From the NCBI RefSeq assembly GCF_035084215.1, contig NW_027139666.1, positions 2,914,001 through 2,978,000 of the forward strand: DNA of 64,000 nt, read 5' to 3'. Source of the DNA: Heptranchias perlo. Taxonomy: Eukaryota. The notes below the pieces were generated by a model. The model had not been told where the DNA came from. It saw only the letters and a program-made list of their open reading frames with translations, and searched no databases. Positions 1 through 12,330 of the stretch are shown here, one piece after another. The stretch's first letter is position 1; each line of letters opens with the position of its first letter. A program made the position numbers and the translations under genes.

Positions 1-371
1 ATTCTGTACTCGGTGTGAAGTCTCTTTCAAGGCTGTTGCTTTACAAAGGATTGCGGTTCTGAAAGTGATATTCCCGAATAATGAACAAACAAACGTGAAA
101 ATGAGAAAAAAATGACTGAAGTCTATTCCACCCCCTTAAAACGGCTCTTAATGGGCAGTAGCCGGGAAGGGTCGGAATATGAACGAGAACGAGTGGATCA
201 GTGACACGTTTTTGGTTATTGGGACTAAATAAAAAAGCAACACATAGATTATAACCGGCAGTGATGATGAGAATCTACTAGATTTCAAGAGAAATTAGAA
301 AAGCACAAGAGTTAGAGAAAAACAGTTAGTATCAAACATTCTACAGTAAAATGATTCTACACAGAGGGGTC

Positions 372-419
372 GTTACAGCGTCTTCAGAGAGACTGTGGGT
401 GGCTCTTAAAAGAGCCTTT
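372..419 (-). terminator. Histone 3' stem-loop and HDE of H2B
   Basis: Minus strand reads AAAGGCTCTTTTAAGAGCCACCCAC (stem-loop 401-416), then GAAGACGCTGTAAC. Confidence 0.95.
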
Positions 420-450
420 GTGTTCATTTTTTTCAGTGCATTGTGGAGTT

Positions 451-825
451 TTACTTGGAGCTGGTGTACTTGGTCACCGCCTTCGTCCCTTCCGATACGG
501 CGTGTTTGGCCAGTTCCCCGGGCAGCAGCAGGCGCACGGCGGTCTGGATCTCCCGGGAGCTGATGGTCGCCCGCTTGTTGTAATGGGCCAGGCGGGAAGC
601 CTCACCCGCGATGCGCTCGAAAATATCGTTCACAAAGGAGTTCATGATGCTCATGGCCTTGGAGGAGATGCCGGTGTCGGGGTGAACCTGCTTCATCACT
701 TTGTAGATATAGATGGAGTAACTCTCCTTCCTCGACTTTCTCCGCTTCTTGCCGCCCTTGGCTGGTGCTTTACTCAAGGTTTTCTTGGCGCCCTTCTTGG
801 GAGCTGCTTTCTTGTCCTCAGGCAT
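451..825 (-). CDS. H2B: Histone H2B (replication-dependent), 124 aa
   Basis: [11 protein letters not shown]...[23 protein letters not shown]...TKYTSSK. ATG at 825-823. Intronless, with a stem-loop downstream. Confidence 0.97.
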   Translation of the reverse strand: MPEDKKAAPKKGAKKTLSKAPAKGGKKRRKSRKESYSIYIYKVMKQVHPDTGISSKAMSIMNSFVNDIFERIAGEASRLAHYNKRATISSREIQTAVRLLLPGELAKHAVSEGTKAVTKYTSSK

Positions 826-874
826 TTTCAAACTCAATTTCAGACCCAGGAATGACCCAAATCCGCTCCGAACT

Positions 875-1035
875 CGGATTAAATAGGCAGCCCCACAGCC
901 CGATGCTAATGACGGATGGAGGAAGGCATTGATTGTGATTGGGTCATTCGGAGTGATACAACGTCACCTTTTCCATTCACTCTCTGATTGGATATCTGAA
1001 GAAACCAATCAGATTTAATACCTGCCACCAATCAC
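875..1035 (-). promoter_or_regulatory. H2B promoter
   Basis: TATTTAA at 879-885 (minus), octamer-like ATGCTAAT at 903-910, and several CCAAT/ATTGG boxes at about 938-1033. Confidence 0.75.
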
Positions 1036-1086
1036 AAACACGCTCACACTGCACATTGTCCGGTTTGAGCAATTTATTCCGAACTG

Positions 1087-1120
1087 TTGCAGTTCTGCTT
1101 CCGGCCAGTAGATGTCCCCA
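1087..1120 (+). promoter_or_regulatory. CTCF-like site with upstream module (representative copy)
   Basis: TTGCAGTTC-tgcttcc-GGCCAGTAGATGTCCCC resembles the CTCF upstream TGCAG motif plus core. Repeated many times in the window. Confidence 0.6.
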
Positions 1121-1284
1121 AACCCCGGGACATTGAAGTTTGCAGGTGAGAGAGGGACAAAAGATCAACTCATTCTTCACATTATGTTGCACGAGTGGGA
1201 TTTAGAAAAACTGGGAATTGGAAACATTTGGTTGGACCAAATGTTGGTTGCATGCTGTATTAAATTTTGTAATTAATTTAGGGT

Positions 1285-2290
1285 GTATAGTCTATACTGA
1301 CGAAGAATCCAACAAAATACAAGAAGACTTTAATAAGCTTGATGAAAGGCGGTGTAAATGGCCATTGAATTTCAATATAGAAAGGTGTGAGATGGTGCAT
1401 TTTGCTCGGGGGAATAAGGAGGCCTCATACTGCTTGGAAAATAAGAGTCTAAATGTGGTAGAAGAGCGAAGGGATTTCGGGCTACAGATTGACAAATCAG
1501 TAAAAGTAGCAACACAGGTTGATGAGGCCACAGAAAGCAAACACAGCACTGGGGTATATTTCTAGAGGAATAGAATTGAAAAGCAGATAAGTTATGTTGA
1601 ACTGTAATTTAAACTTTCAAACCTTCTGTCAAACTGTTAAACCTTCCCTTTCTGAAATCCGTGCTGACTATTCTTTATTATATTTTCGGTTTCTAGATGT
1701 TTTTCGATTGCTTCATTGAGTAAAAGATTCCATGATCATTCCTACCACCGACCTTTTGTTAACTGGCCTATAGTTCCCTGGACTTGTTCTATCTCCTGTT
1801 TCAAAATATATGAATCACATTAACTATCATCCTGCCCTTTGGCACTATTCGTTTTTGTGATGATTTTTTTTCTATATATGTAACAGTGCCTCTGCTATCT
1901 CTTCCCTTGCTTCATTTAATACGTGCGGATGCAATCCATCTGGACCAGTTTAACCACCCTTTCTAACTTAAATGTCTTGATATCTTTATTGACCTCTTCC
2001 TCTATATCATATTTACCCTGTTAATCTCCCTGGTAAATACTGAGGCAAAGTAACAATTCAATATTTCTGCCATTTCGCTGACATTACCTGTGAGTTTATC
2101 TTGTGCATCCCTTAGTGGCACTCAAACTATTCTGGTTTTCCTTTTGTTATTTTTGTGTCTGTGGAATAATTTACTATTTCTTTTTATATTCCTTGATAAT
2201 TTGATTTCGTAGTTGCTGTTTGCTTCCCTAATTGTTTTTGTGACTTCTTCCTAACCTCTTCCTATTCGCTTTTGCCATCCTCTTATTTAA
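1285..2290. mobile_element. CR1-type LINE fragments (plus-strand RT C-terminal part ~1285-1600; minus-strand RT N-terminal part ~1730-2290)
   Basis: Translates to 'CEMVHFARGN...VEERRDFGLQID' on plus and 'PGNYRPVN' on minus. Paralogue at ~46085-47080. Confidence 0.75.
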
Positions 2291-2434
2291 TATCTATGAA
2301 TGAGAAATTCTACCAGCTTTTTGTGTCTGTTCAGGGGCGGATGTTTGGAAACTATTTATTGTCGATGATTAAAGTACCAGAAACCCCAAACCCAAACTCC
2401 ACAGAAACACTCGATTTTTCCCTCCTAGTGAAAT

Positions 2435-2505
2435 AAGGCGCTATAATGGTGAGCAGAGCTCCCTTCCAAACAGTTCATTCCAACAGGTTTGAATCCCAGC
2501 ACGGT
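2435..2505 (+). pseudogene. Decayed tRNA-Gly(TCC) relic
   Basis: CTATAATGGTGAGCAGAGCTCCCTTCCAAACAGTT...GGTTTGAATCCCAGC compared with the tRNA-Gly-TCC sequence GTATAGTGGTGAGCATAGCTGCCTTCCAAGCAGTT...GGTTCGATTCCCGGC. Confidence 0.65.
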
Positions 2506-2789
2506 GAATTCAGAATCACCAAGACTGGAACCGAATTTGATGATGTTCAGAGGGATAGTGTTTCCAAAACACAAACGGGTCTTATTTATATTTTTAAAAT
2601 ACTTTGAAAGGTCATTTCTTTCCACCATAACTTTGAATTTAACTCTTTCCCTTTGTATTATTATTTACACTGATCTGTACAGTGGACACGGGAAACAATT
2701 GCCCGGATTCAGTGAAATTAATAGATTTTCTGAAGTTTTTTCTCTCTGCTGATTCCCGTCCCTTATTTAAACTATGCCGGATTAACCTT

Positions 2790-2892
2790 TCTGATCTATT
2801 GAAGGGTCATAGTCCTGAACCGTTAACCCGAGCTTCCCTTCTCCACATATGCTGCCGGACCTGCTGAGTCTTTCCAGCATTTTTGGTATTTT
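2790..2892 (+). mobile_element. Short Penelope-related repeat with a degenerate hammerhead core
   Basis: GAAGGGTCATAGTCCTGAACCGTTAAC...ATGCTGCCGGACCTGCTGAGTCTTTCCAGCA. The catalytic CUGANGA/GAAA core is mutated. Paralogue at ~47590-47690. Confidence 0.55.
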
Positions 2893-3269
2893 TTTCTCTC
2901 TATTTTATCCCTTTCACTTTTGACGGTCGCCATTAAAACTTCCAGCTTTGTGCTCAGTTTTTATTTGTGTTTTAGTTCGATTTATTTGAATTAATCTAAT
3001 TCATGTCCTGAGAAATCAGACAGAAATATTGCGCAATGTACAGTGAAATATAATGGGGCAAATTCACAACTTTTGAATCAACAAAACAAAAACTTTATTA
3101 TGAGTCAGTTGTCTTAATTTTTCACTGTCAAAATATTTTAAAAAAACAGAGTAGAAGTTACAGAGAGAAACTATTTCCTCACATTGCACTTTGTCCTGTT
3201 TCTGTAACGACAGACAATGTGAATTTGTTCCACTCTGTTCGAGGTCTCGCTTACGGCCAGTCGATGTCA

Positions 3270-3720
3270 GACTGTATATTCATTCTGTATCTGTTTGCCT
3301 CCAGTACTGTCTGTGAGTGTGAGATTAATTCTCTATCTGTCATTCTCTGGTACTGTATGTGAGTGTTTGATTCATTCTGAATTTGTCAGTCTCTGGTACT
3401 TTGTGTGAGTGTGGGATCCATTCTGTATCTGTCAGTCTCTGGTACTTTGTGTGAGTGTGGGATTCGTTCTGTACCTGTCAGTCTCTGGTACTTTGTGTGA
3501 GTGTGGGATTAATACTGAATTTGTCAGTCTCCGGTACTTTGTGTGAGTGTGGGATCAATTCTGAATTTGTCAGTCTCTGGTACTGTGTGTGAGTGTGGGA
3601 TTCATTCTGTATCTGTCAGTCTCTGGTGCTGTCTGTGAGTGTTGGATTCATTCTGTGACTGGAAGTCTCTGGAATTTTATCTCAGTGTGGGATTCATTCT
3701 GTAACTCAGTCTCTGGGACA
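3270..3720 (+). repeat. Satellite A block, 46-bp unit
   Basis: Unit CTGTCAGTCTCTGGTACTGTGTGTGAGTGTGGGATTCATTCTGTAT. Further blocks at ~6763-7175, 8185-8815 and 10090-10310. Confidence 0.9.
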
Positions 3721-3959
3721 AAGTGCAAGTCTGGATTCGTTCTGTATTCTTATTTCAGGATACAGCATGTTACTTGAAACTGTATCTTTCCTTCATTAAT
3801 GTTTGCACGGTCCTTTGTCCAGCATTATTTTTTAAATATGGATACACTTCTGTATTTTGTTTCAATCAAACAATGTGTGAGGTTTGGTGTAGGATTACAT
3901 CTTAATCTCTTGAAAGACTATTGCAAATGATAATGTATATTTCGATATTTTACCGTGAA

Positions 3960-5010
3960 ATTATTGATCTGGTATTTATTGTGTAGCTCAGTCTGCGCTA
4001 ATGGAATTGATACTTTATCTTTCAGGCTGACACTTTGTGCTATATTTGGACTGGTATGTCAGGAATAACTCAGTCCGCAATAATGGAATTGATGCCATAC
4101 CTTTCAGCATGAGTTTGAAGTAATTATTGGAATCGTTTGCAATGTGTAGCTTCGTCTACACTAATAGGATTCAGACTGTATGTTTCAATATGATAATATG
4201 TATATACGAATTTTGGACTGCATACAATATGTAGCTGGGTCTGTACTAATGGAATTCGTACTGTGCCTTTCAGTCTAATACCGTGTAATATATTTTGATT
4301 GGTTTGTAAGGTGTGGCTCAGTCTGCAATACTGGGATTGATACTGTATCTTTCAGCATGACCCTGAATGTGATTTTTGGACTCTATGTAATGTGTAGCTC
4401 AGTCTGCACTAATGGAATTGATAATGCATCTTTCAATCTGATACTGTATGAGAATTTTGGACTGGTAACAAATGTGTACCTCAGTCTGCAGTAATGAAAT
4501 TGATACTGTATCTTTCATTACGATACTGTATTCGAATTTTGGACCATATATAATGTGTCGCTCAATCTGCACTGTTGGAATTAATACTGTATCTTTCAAC
4601 CTGTCACTGAGATTTTTAGACCAGTATATGATGTGTCGCTCAGTCTGCACTAATGGGATTGATACTGTATCTTTCAGTCTGATACTGTGTGAGATTTGTA
4701 TACTGGCATGTAAAGTGTGGGTCAGTCGATACGAGTCAAATCGAAACTGTGTCTTTCAGTCTGACACTGAATGTGATTTCTGGACTGGCATCTACTGTGT
4801 ACCTCAGTCTGCTGTAAAGGAATTGAAACTGTATATTTCAGTACGATTCTGCATGTGAATTTTGCACTGGTATATAATGAGCAGCTCAATCTGTATTAAT
4901 GGAATTGATATTGTATCTTTCAATCTGATACTGTATGAGAATTTTGGACTGGTATCTAATGTGTACCTCAGTCTGCAGTAAAGGAATTGACACTGTACAT
5001 TTCATTCTGA
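3960..5010 (+). repeat. Satellite B block, ~82-bp unit
   Basis: Unit approximately ATGTGTAGCTCAGTCTGCACTAATGGAATTGATACTGTATCTTTCAGTCTGATACTGTATGAGATTTTTGGACTGGTATGTA. Further blocks at ~7400-8180 and 9060-9250. Confidence 0.88.
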
Positions 5011-5279
5011 CACTATGAAGTCTGTGGACATATATGTGAGTCAAATATGGGTAACATCTGAACTGGTATCTAATTTGTATCTCAGTGTACACTATTGGCA
5101 TGAATACTGCATCTTTAAACTCATAATGTGTGTGAGTTGTGGGCTGGTATTTAATTTGAATCTCGGGGTACACTATTGTGATTCATTCTGTATCTATCAA
5201 TCGGTCCCATGTGTCAGTTGTAACTGGTATTTAATTTGTAGCTAAGGCTGAACTAATGTGAGATTAACACAATGCCTTT

Positions 5280-6030
5280 CAATCTGATACTGGGTGTGAT
5301 TTTGGACTGGGAATTATTTATCTGCCGGTCAGCGGTACTGAGTTGTTTAGAAATGGAAATTCCGTCTGTCTCTCCTGCTCTGTTTGACTGTTGGATTGGG
5401 ATCAGTGTGGGACTGACTATTTCTGCTGTGTGAGACTGTGGAACTGATGACTTGTCTGTGTCTCTGTGCTCTGTGAGTGATAATGTACATACTGTGTGTG
5501 AGAAGGAGCAGGCTGCACTGTTCCTTGCGGAGGAAACATCACACTGATTCTGGGTCCTTCAAGTATTTGCCTGTAGAAAGAGAAATTAAGTCTTGTAACT
5601 CAAGAACAGGTCAGGTAGAAAATACAAAAGTGATCAATTGAATCTCTCTGTTAATAATCATTGTAATATCCACAAATGAAAACCAGTGATACAAACAGTG
5701 TCAGTGTCTGACTCCACTGCAGTACTGCAGCACTCAGCTTCTGTACACCAGGTGTGTTGGGCTGTTTTACAACAATTTAGTGACATCCAGACACAATCCA
5801 ACACCTTCGCTGATCCATGAATGGGACGACCTGATGGGGCGGGGACCTTTGCACAGGTCAGGCTTCTAATCCCCTCTCCATGATGGGGCTAACAGTTCAA
5901 CCAAAACCACAGAGCCGCTGTTTAAAATGTGTCCTTCATATTTCTCACATGATGCCTGCAATAGATGCTCTTTGTATAACTCCCCACATCCTTACTGTCC
6001 GGCTCTGTTTACTGTTCAATCACAAACAGG
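5280..6030. repeat. Low-copy module M (six copies)
   Basis: Homologous to ~10920-11650, 30450-31230 (inverted), 38650-39050 (inverted, partial), 50220-50970 and 55610-56350. Confidence 0.85.
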
Positions 6031-6044
6031 GCAGGTAGAAAAAA

Positions 6045-6500
6045 AATCTGATTTAGTACCTGGCACCAATCACAAACACGCTCACACTGCACATTGTCCG
6101 GTTTCAGCAATTTGTTCCGAACTGTTGCAGTTCTGCTTCCGGCCAGTAGATGTCCCCAAATCCCGGATCATTGAAGTTTGCAGATGAGAGAGGGACAGAA
6201 GATAAACTCATTCTTCACATTATATTGCACGGGTGGGATTTAGAAAAACTGGGAATGGAGACGAGCTGTTGGACCAAACACTACTTGCAACGCTGTTTTA
6301 AATTCTTGTAATTAATTTCGGGTATATTGTCTATATCGAGGAAGACTACGACAAAATCAGCTTGCAGAACGGCCGTGTAAATGGCCATTGAATTTCAATA
6401 TAGAAAGGTGTGAGCTGGTGCATTTTGCCAGGGGGATTAAGGAGGCCACATACTGCTTGGAAATTAAGAGTCTAAACGGGACAGAGGAGCAATGTAAATC
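6045..6500. repeat. Orphan copy of the H2B upstream region (CCAAT, CTCF-like site, CR1 piece) without the gene
   Basis: Matches 1010-1460 (ACCAATCACAAACACGCTCACACTGCACATTG...). Also present at 51000-51460. Confidence 0.85.
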
Positions 6501-8537
6501 ATCCTGAGAAATTAGAGAGAAATACTGCGCAATGTAAGTGAAAAATAATGGGGCAAATTCACAACTATCGAATGAGTAAAACAAAAAAATTATTATGAAT
6601 CAATTGACTTCATTTTTCACTATCAAAATGTGCAAAAATACGAGAATAAAAGTTATAGACAGAAACTTTCCTCACATTGCACATTGTCCTGTTTCTGGAA
6701 CCACGACAGGAAATGTGAATTGGTTCCGCTCTTTTACAGTTCTCGCTTACGTCCAGTAGAGGTCAGTCTCTGGTACTGTGTCTGGTGGGGTTCATTCTGT
6801 ATCTGTCAGACTCTGTTATTGAGTGTGAGCATGGGGTATATTCTGCATCTGTTAGTTTCAGGTACTATATATAAGTGATGGTTTCATTCTGTATCTGTCA
6901 GTCTCTGGTACGTTGGGATTCATTCTGTATCTGTCAGACTCTGTTTTTGAGTTTGAGCATGGGGTATATTCTGCATCTGTCAGTTTCAGGTACTGCATAT
7001 AAGTCATGGGTTCATTCTGTATCAGTCAGTCTCTGGTACTATGTGTGAGTGTGGAATTAACTCTGCAACTGTCAATCTCTGGTGTTGTATCTGAGTGTGG
7101 GATACATTCTGTATCTGCCATTCTCTGCTGCTTTATCTCAGTTTGGGATTCATTCTGTAATTCAGTCTCTGAGACAATGTGCAAGTCTGGATTCATTCTG
7201 TATTCTTCTTTCAGTTTACAGCATTGTATTTGAAACTATATCTTTAACACTTTAAATGATATAGTTCTTCATCGTGTATTTAATCTGTAAATATTAATTT
7301 TCTTCAATCAAACAACGTGTGTGAGTTTTGGAGTGGGATCACATCTTAATCTCTGAACTCTATTGTGAATGATAATGTAGCTTTCAATCTGTTCACAGTG
7401 AAATTATTGGACTGGTATGTAGTGTGCAGCTCAGTCTGCACTGATGGAATTAATTCTGTATCTGAGTCGAACACTGTATGAGATTTTTGAACTGGTATGC
7501 AATATGTAGCTCATCCTGCACTAAAGGAGTGGATACTGTCTCTATCAGTCTGATACTGTATGAGATTTTTGGCCTGGAATGTGAGATGTAGCTCAGTCTG
7601 CACTAATGGAAGTGATACTGAATCTTTCAATGTGATATTCTATGAGATTTTTGGACTGGTGTGTCACATGTACCTCAGTCTGTGCTAATGGAATTGATAT
7701 TGTATCTTTGAGTCTGATAATCTTTGAGATTCTTGGACTGCTATATCATGTGTGTTTCAGTCTGCACTAATGAAATTGATACTGTATCTTTCAGCCTAAT
7801 ATTGTATGAGATTTTCAGACTGATATGTAATGTGTAGTTCAGTCTGTGCTAATAGAATTGATACTGTATCTTCCAGTCATCATTTATGAGATTGTTGGAC
7901 TGCCATGTAATCTGTGTCTCAGTCTGTGATAATAGAATTGAAACTACATCTTCCAGTCTGATCATTTATGAGGTTTTTGGACTTGTGTGTAACGTGTAGC
8001 TCAGTCTGTACCAATGGTATTGATACTGAATGTTTCAGTATAATACTGTATGAATATTTTGCAATGCATATAAAATGTAGCTCAGTCTGCACTAATGGAA
8101 TTGATACTGCATCTTTCAATCAGACACTATGAGGTTTTTGGACTGGTATCTGATGTGCAACTCAGTCTGCAGTAACATGACTGTGAGATTAATTCTGTAT
8201 CTGTCAATCGGTGGTACTGTGTGTGAGTGTGTGATTAATTCTTTATCTCTCAGTCCCTGGTATTGTGTGTGAGTGTGGGATTCATCCTGTATCTGTCATT
8301 CTCTGGTACTGTGTGTGAGTGTGGGATTCAGTCTGTATCTGTCAATCTCTGGTACTGTGTGTGGGTGTGGGGTTCATTCTGTATCTGTCAGTCTCTGGTT
8401 CTGTGTTTGAGTGTGGGATTCATTCTGTATCTGTCAGTCTCTGGTACTGTGTGCGAGTGTGGGATTCATTCTGTATCTCTCAATCACTGGTACTGTATGT
8501 GAGTGTGGGATTAATTTTGTTCCTATCAGTCTCTGGT

Positions 8538-8575
8538 TGTGTGTGTGTGTGCGCGCGCGCGCGCGCGCGTGTATG
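8538..8575. repeat. (TG)n(CG)n alternating purine-pyrimidine microsatellite
   Basis: TGTGTGTGTGTGTGCGCGCGCGCGCGCGCGCGTGTATG. Confidence 0.95.
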
Positions 8576-9344
8576 AGTGATTCATTCTGTTTCTGTTTGT
8601 ATCTGGTGCTGTAAGTGAGTGAGATGTTCATTCCATACCTCTTAATTTCTGATACAGTATGTGAGTGATATAAATTCTGTATCTGCCAGTCTGTACCACA
8701 GTGTGTGAGTGCGGCATTCACTCTGGATCTGCCAGTCACTGGTACATTGTGTGAGCATGGGATTCATTGTACATGTCAGTCTCTGGCACTGTATCTGAGT
8801 GTGAGATTCATTCATTATATTTAAGTAAATTGTATCTCCGTTTATTGTACGGCATTCAAAACTGTACTTTAATACCTTAATGTATGAATATTTTCCCCAG
8901 TCTTTTATTGGTAGGTACTGATACACTTCAAAATGTAATGTTGCAGGTTATAATCAGAGAATGTGGGCACTTTTTGGAATTCTATTAAATCTGTATCGAT
9001 GGAAACACAATTGTGATTTGGTGTGTCTTCCAAATGATATGGTGACATTTTTCAAATTGTATATAATGTGTAGCTCAGTCTGTGTGAATGGAATACTGTA
9101 TATTTCAGTCTGAATCTGTGTCAGTTTTTTTGTAGTGATATGTAATGTGCAGATCAGTCTGCACCAATGGAATTGATAATGTATCTTTCAATCTGACATT
9201 ATGAGATATTTGGTCTGGTATGTTAAGTGTAAATCAGCCTGTACTAATGTAGGTGACTGTGAGATTCATTTGGGATCTCTCAGTCTCTGGTACTGTGTGT
9301 GATTGTGGGATAGATTCTGTATCTGTCACACTCTGGTACTCTAT

Positions 9345-10055
9345 GTGAGTGCGGGATTCACTCTGTATATACCTTCTCTAGTACTGTGTGTGGGATTCAT
9401 TCTGTCTATACCTTCTCTAGTACTGTGTGTGGGATTCATTCTGTATATACCTTCTCTAGTACTGTGTGTGTGATTCACTCTGTATATACCTTCTCTAGTA
9501 CTGTGTGCAGGATTCACTCTGTATATACCTTCTCTGGTACTATGTGTGGGATTCACTCTGTATATACCATCTCTGGTACTGTGTGTGGGATTCACTCTGT
9601 ATATACCTTCTCTGGTACTGTGTGTGGCATTCATTCTGTACATACCTTCTCTATTACTGTGTGTGGCATTCACTCTGTATATACCTTCTCTATTACTGTG
9701 TGTGGGATTCACTCTGTATATACCTTCACTAGAACTGTGTGTGGGATTCACTCTGTATATACCTTCTCTAGTACTGTGTGTGGGATTCACTCTGTATATA
9801 CCTTCTCCAGTACTGTGTGTGGGATTCATTCTGTATATACCTTCTCTTGTGCTGTGTGTGGGATTCATTCTGTATATACCTTCTCTAGTGCTGTGTGTGG
9901 GATTCACTCTGTATATACCTTCTCTAGTACTGTGTGTGGGATTCACTCTGTATATACCTTCTCTGGTACTGTGTGTGGGATTCACTCTGTATATACCTTC
10001 TCTGGTACTGTGTGTGGGTTTCGGTCCGTATAAACCTTCTCTAGTGCTGTGTGTG
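9345..10055 (+). repeat. Homogeneous 39-bp minisatellite (~18 copies) derived from satellite A
   Basis: Unit GGGATTCACTCTGTATATACCTTCTCTAGTACTGTGTGT. Confidence 0.95.
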
Positions 10056-11649
10056 TGTGTTGTATTATTTCCACATATGCAGTTTCTCATACTGTAGGTT
10101 AGTTTGGGATTCTTTCTGTATCTCAGTCTCAGGTAGTTTGTGTGAGTGTGGGATTCATACTTTACCTGTCAGTCTCTGGTGCTGTGTGTGAGTGTGGGAT
10201 TCACTTTTTGTATCTGTCAGTCTCTGGTATTGTATGTGAGTTTGAGATTCCTTCTGCATGTCTCAGTCTCTGGTACGGTATGCTAGTGTGGGATTCATTC
10301 TGTGTCTGTAAAATTATTCTCTCTGTTTATATTATAGCGTTCAATAATTTAGCTTTAATATGTTAATGTTTAAATAGTTTTTCTCATTATTTAATTTGTA
10401 AATATGGATGCACTTTCGGATAAGATGCTGGAGGTTTTTAATCAGATAATTTGTGTGCTTTTTGGACTATGATTAAATCTGTATCTCTGAACACAAATTT
10501 GAATGATAATGTATCTTTCAAACTGATATGATGACATTTTTGGACTGCTGTGTAATGTGTATCTCAGTCTGCACTAATAGAATTGATACTGTATCTTTAA
10601 ATCTCATACCATGAGTGTATTATAAACTGATATCTAATTTGTTTCTCATGTTACGCTGTCACAGCATTTCTCAATCTGTCACTGTATGAGAGTTTTGGAC
10701 CTGTATGCAATTTGTATCTCATGCTACACTATTCAAATGGATACGACATGTATTAAACTCACATGTGTGTGAGAGTTCTGGTCAAGTATTCAATTTGAAT
10801 CTCGGGTTATATTATTGCAATTCATTCCGTACCTTTCAATCGGGCACCATGTGTGATTACTATCTGGTATTTAATTCGTAGCTACTGTTAAGCTACTGTG
10901 GGATTGACAATCTTAAAGCATGACTTTGGACTGGGATTTTTGTATCTACCTGTCAGTGGTACTGAGTTAGGGGGAAATGGAAACAGCGTCTGCCTCACCT
11001 GCTCTGTTTCCGTGTTGGATTGAAAATGTGCCTCCGGATATTGGGATCAGTTTGGGACTGACTGCTTCTGCTGTCTGAGACTGTGGAACAGATGACCTGT
11101 CTGTGTCTCTGTGAATGATAACGTACCTACTGTGTGTGAGGAGGAGCTGGCTGCACTGTTCCTTGTGCCTAGGATGGAGGAAGCATCACATTTATTCTTG
11201 GACCTTCAAGTATTTTTCTGTCAGATGAAAAAAGTAACTGTTGTAACTCCAGAACCAGTGAGGTAGAAAATACAAAAGTGATAAGTTTAATAGCTCTGTT
11301 AATGATAATTATGTAAATCAGCGATACAAAGAGTGTCAGTGTCTGACTCCACTGCAGTACTACAGCACTCAGCTTCTGCACACCAGGTGTGTTGGGCTGT
11401 TTTACAACAATTTAGTGACATCCAGACTCAACCCAACCCCCGCACTGATCCATGAATGGGACTACCCGATGGGGCGGGGACTTTGTACAGGTCAGGTTTC
11501 TAATTCCCTCTCCCAGGAGAATAACCTTTCAACAGAAATATAACAGCAGTTGTTTAAATTGTGTCCTTCACACTTCTCACCTGGTGCCTTCAATAGATGC
11601 TCTTTGTATAAGTCCACACATCATTACTGTCCGGCTCTGTTTCCACTAT

Positions 11650-12330
11650 TCACTCTCCAAAAACAACAAACAGGGTGAGACTGGAACTAAACCTGGAACA
11701 TTCACTACTGGTCTGGGGAGAGAAAGCAGCAATGATTTTAAATAGCAGTTTCTTCTCATTCTGTCTCCCTTCCCCTGGACACACCCTGTACACCCACAGC
11801 CCGAGAATGACCTCTCCCTTCCCCCTCTCACTCCATGTTCCGGGACAAGTTCCTGATCCACTCCGCCTCTTACAAACAGCCCCGGACTCCGCCTGCCCTT
11901 CCCCCGGACTCAATACCGATCTCTGAGCCCATCTGCGGACACGGTCCCGATGCGATGAGCTGCTGTAACGAGGCTGCTCTTTGCTCCCTTCCCCCGGGGG
12001 CCGTGATCTCTCCATTCTCGGCTGTTTTAAACCATCTTCTTCCGCTCACTGAGGGAATGGCCCCAATAGGCCGAGCAGGGGGAGGGGATCGCGCATGCGC
12101 TCTTCCACTCACCAACAAGCAGCGCGGGGGGCGGGGCTGAGTCACGCATGCGCAGATATCTGGTTTAATTCCCAATACAAAAATCGATGGAAACTTTCCC
12201 CAATTGGAATTTTTCAGAGTCTGAGCAAAGGAAGTGGGTCTGGGGGAAAGGTCAGAGGGAATGGGGTCCACAGGCAGTGCAGGAACAGGCACCAGAATGG
12301 GAAACAGATGGGATTCCACCAGTGACTAAC
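11650..12330 (-). promoter_or_regulatory. CpG-rich promoter module P, copy 1
   Basis: GCGCATGCGC at 12091-12100, GC box GGGGCGGGGC, TGAGTCA, CACGCATGCGCA. Minus strand has GCGGAAGAAGATGG (ETS/YY1-like). Confidence 0.6.

Noticed and set aside
418-855. Antisense ORFs over histone genes (also 36007-36360, 37370-37714, 41976-42326, 62028-62681)
   Set aside because: Shadow ORFs caused by histone codon bias.
2790-2830. Active hammerhead here and at ~47595
   Set aside because: The core is mutated (no CUGANGA, and GAAC instead of GAAA).
4390-4475. Satellite B as a tRNA or Pol III gene array (TAGCTCAGTCTG fits an A box)
   Set aside because: No B box or cloverleaf is visible.
9341-10097. 249, 215 and 183 aa repeat ORFs as real proteins
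   Set aside because: They result from a 39-bp unit lacking stops, and they are absent from the paralogous segment.
3270-10310. Regular short repeats as a CRISPR array
   Set aside because: Units are contiguous with no unique spacers, there are no cas genes, and the context is eukaryotic.
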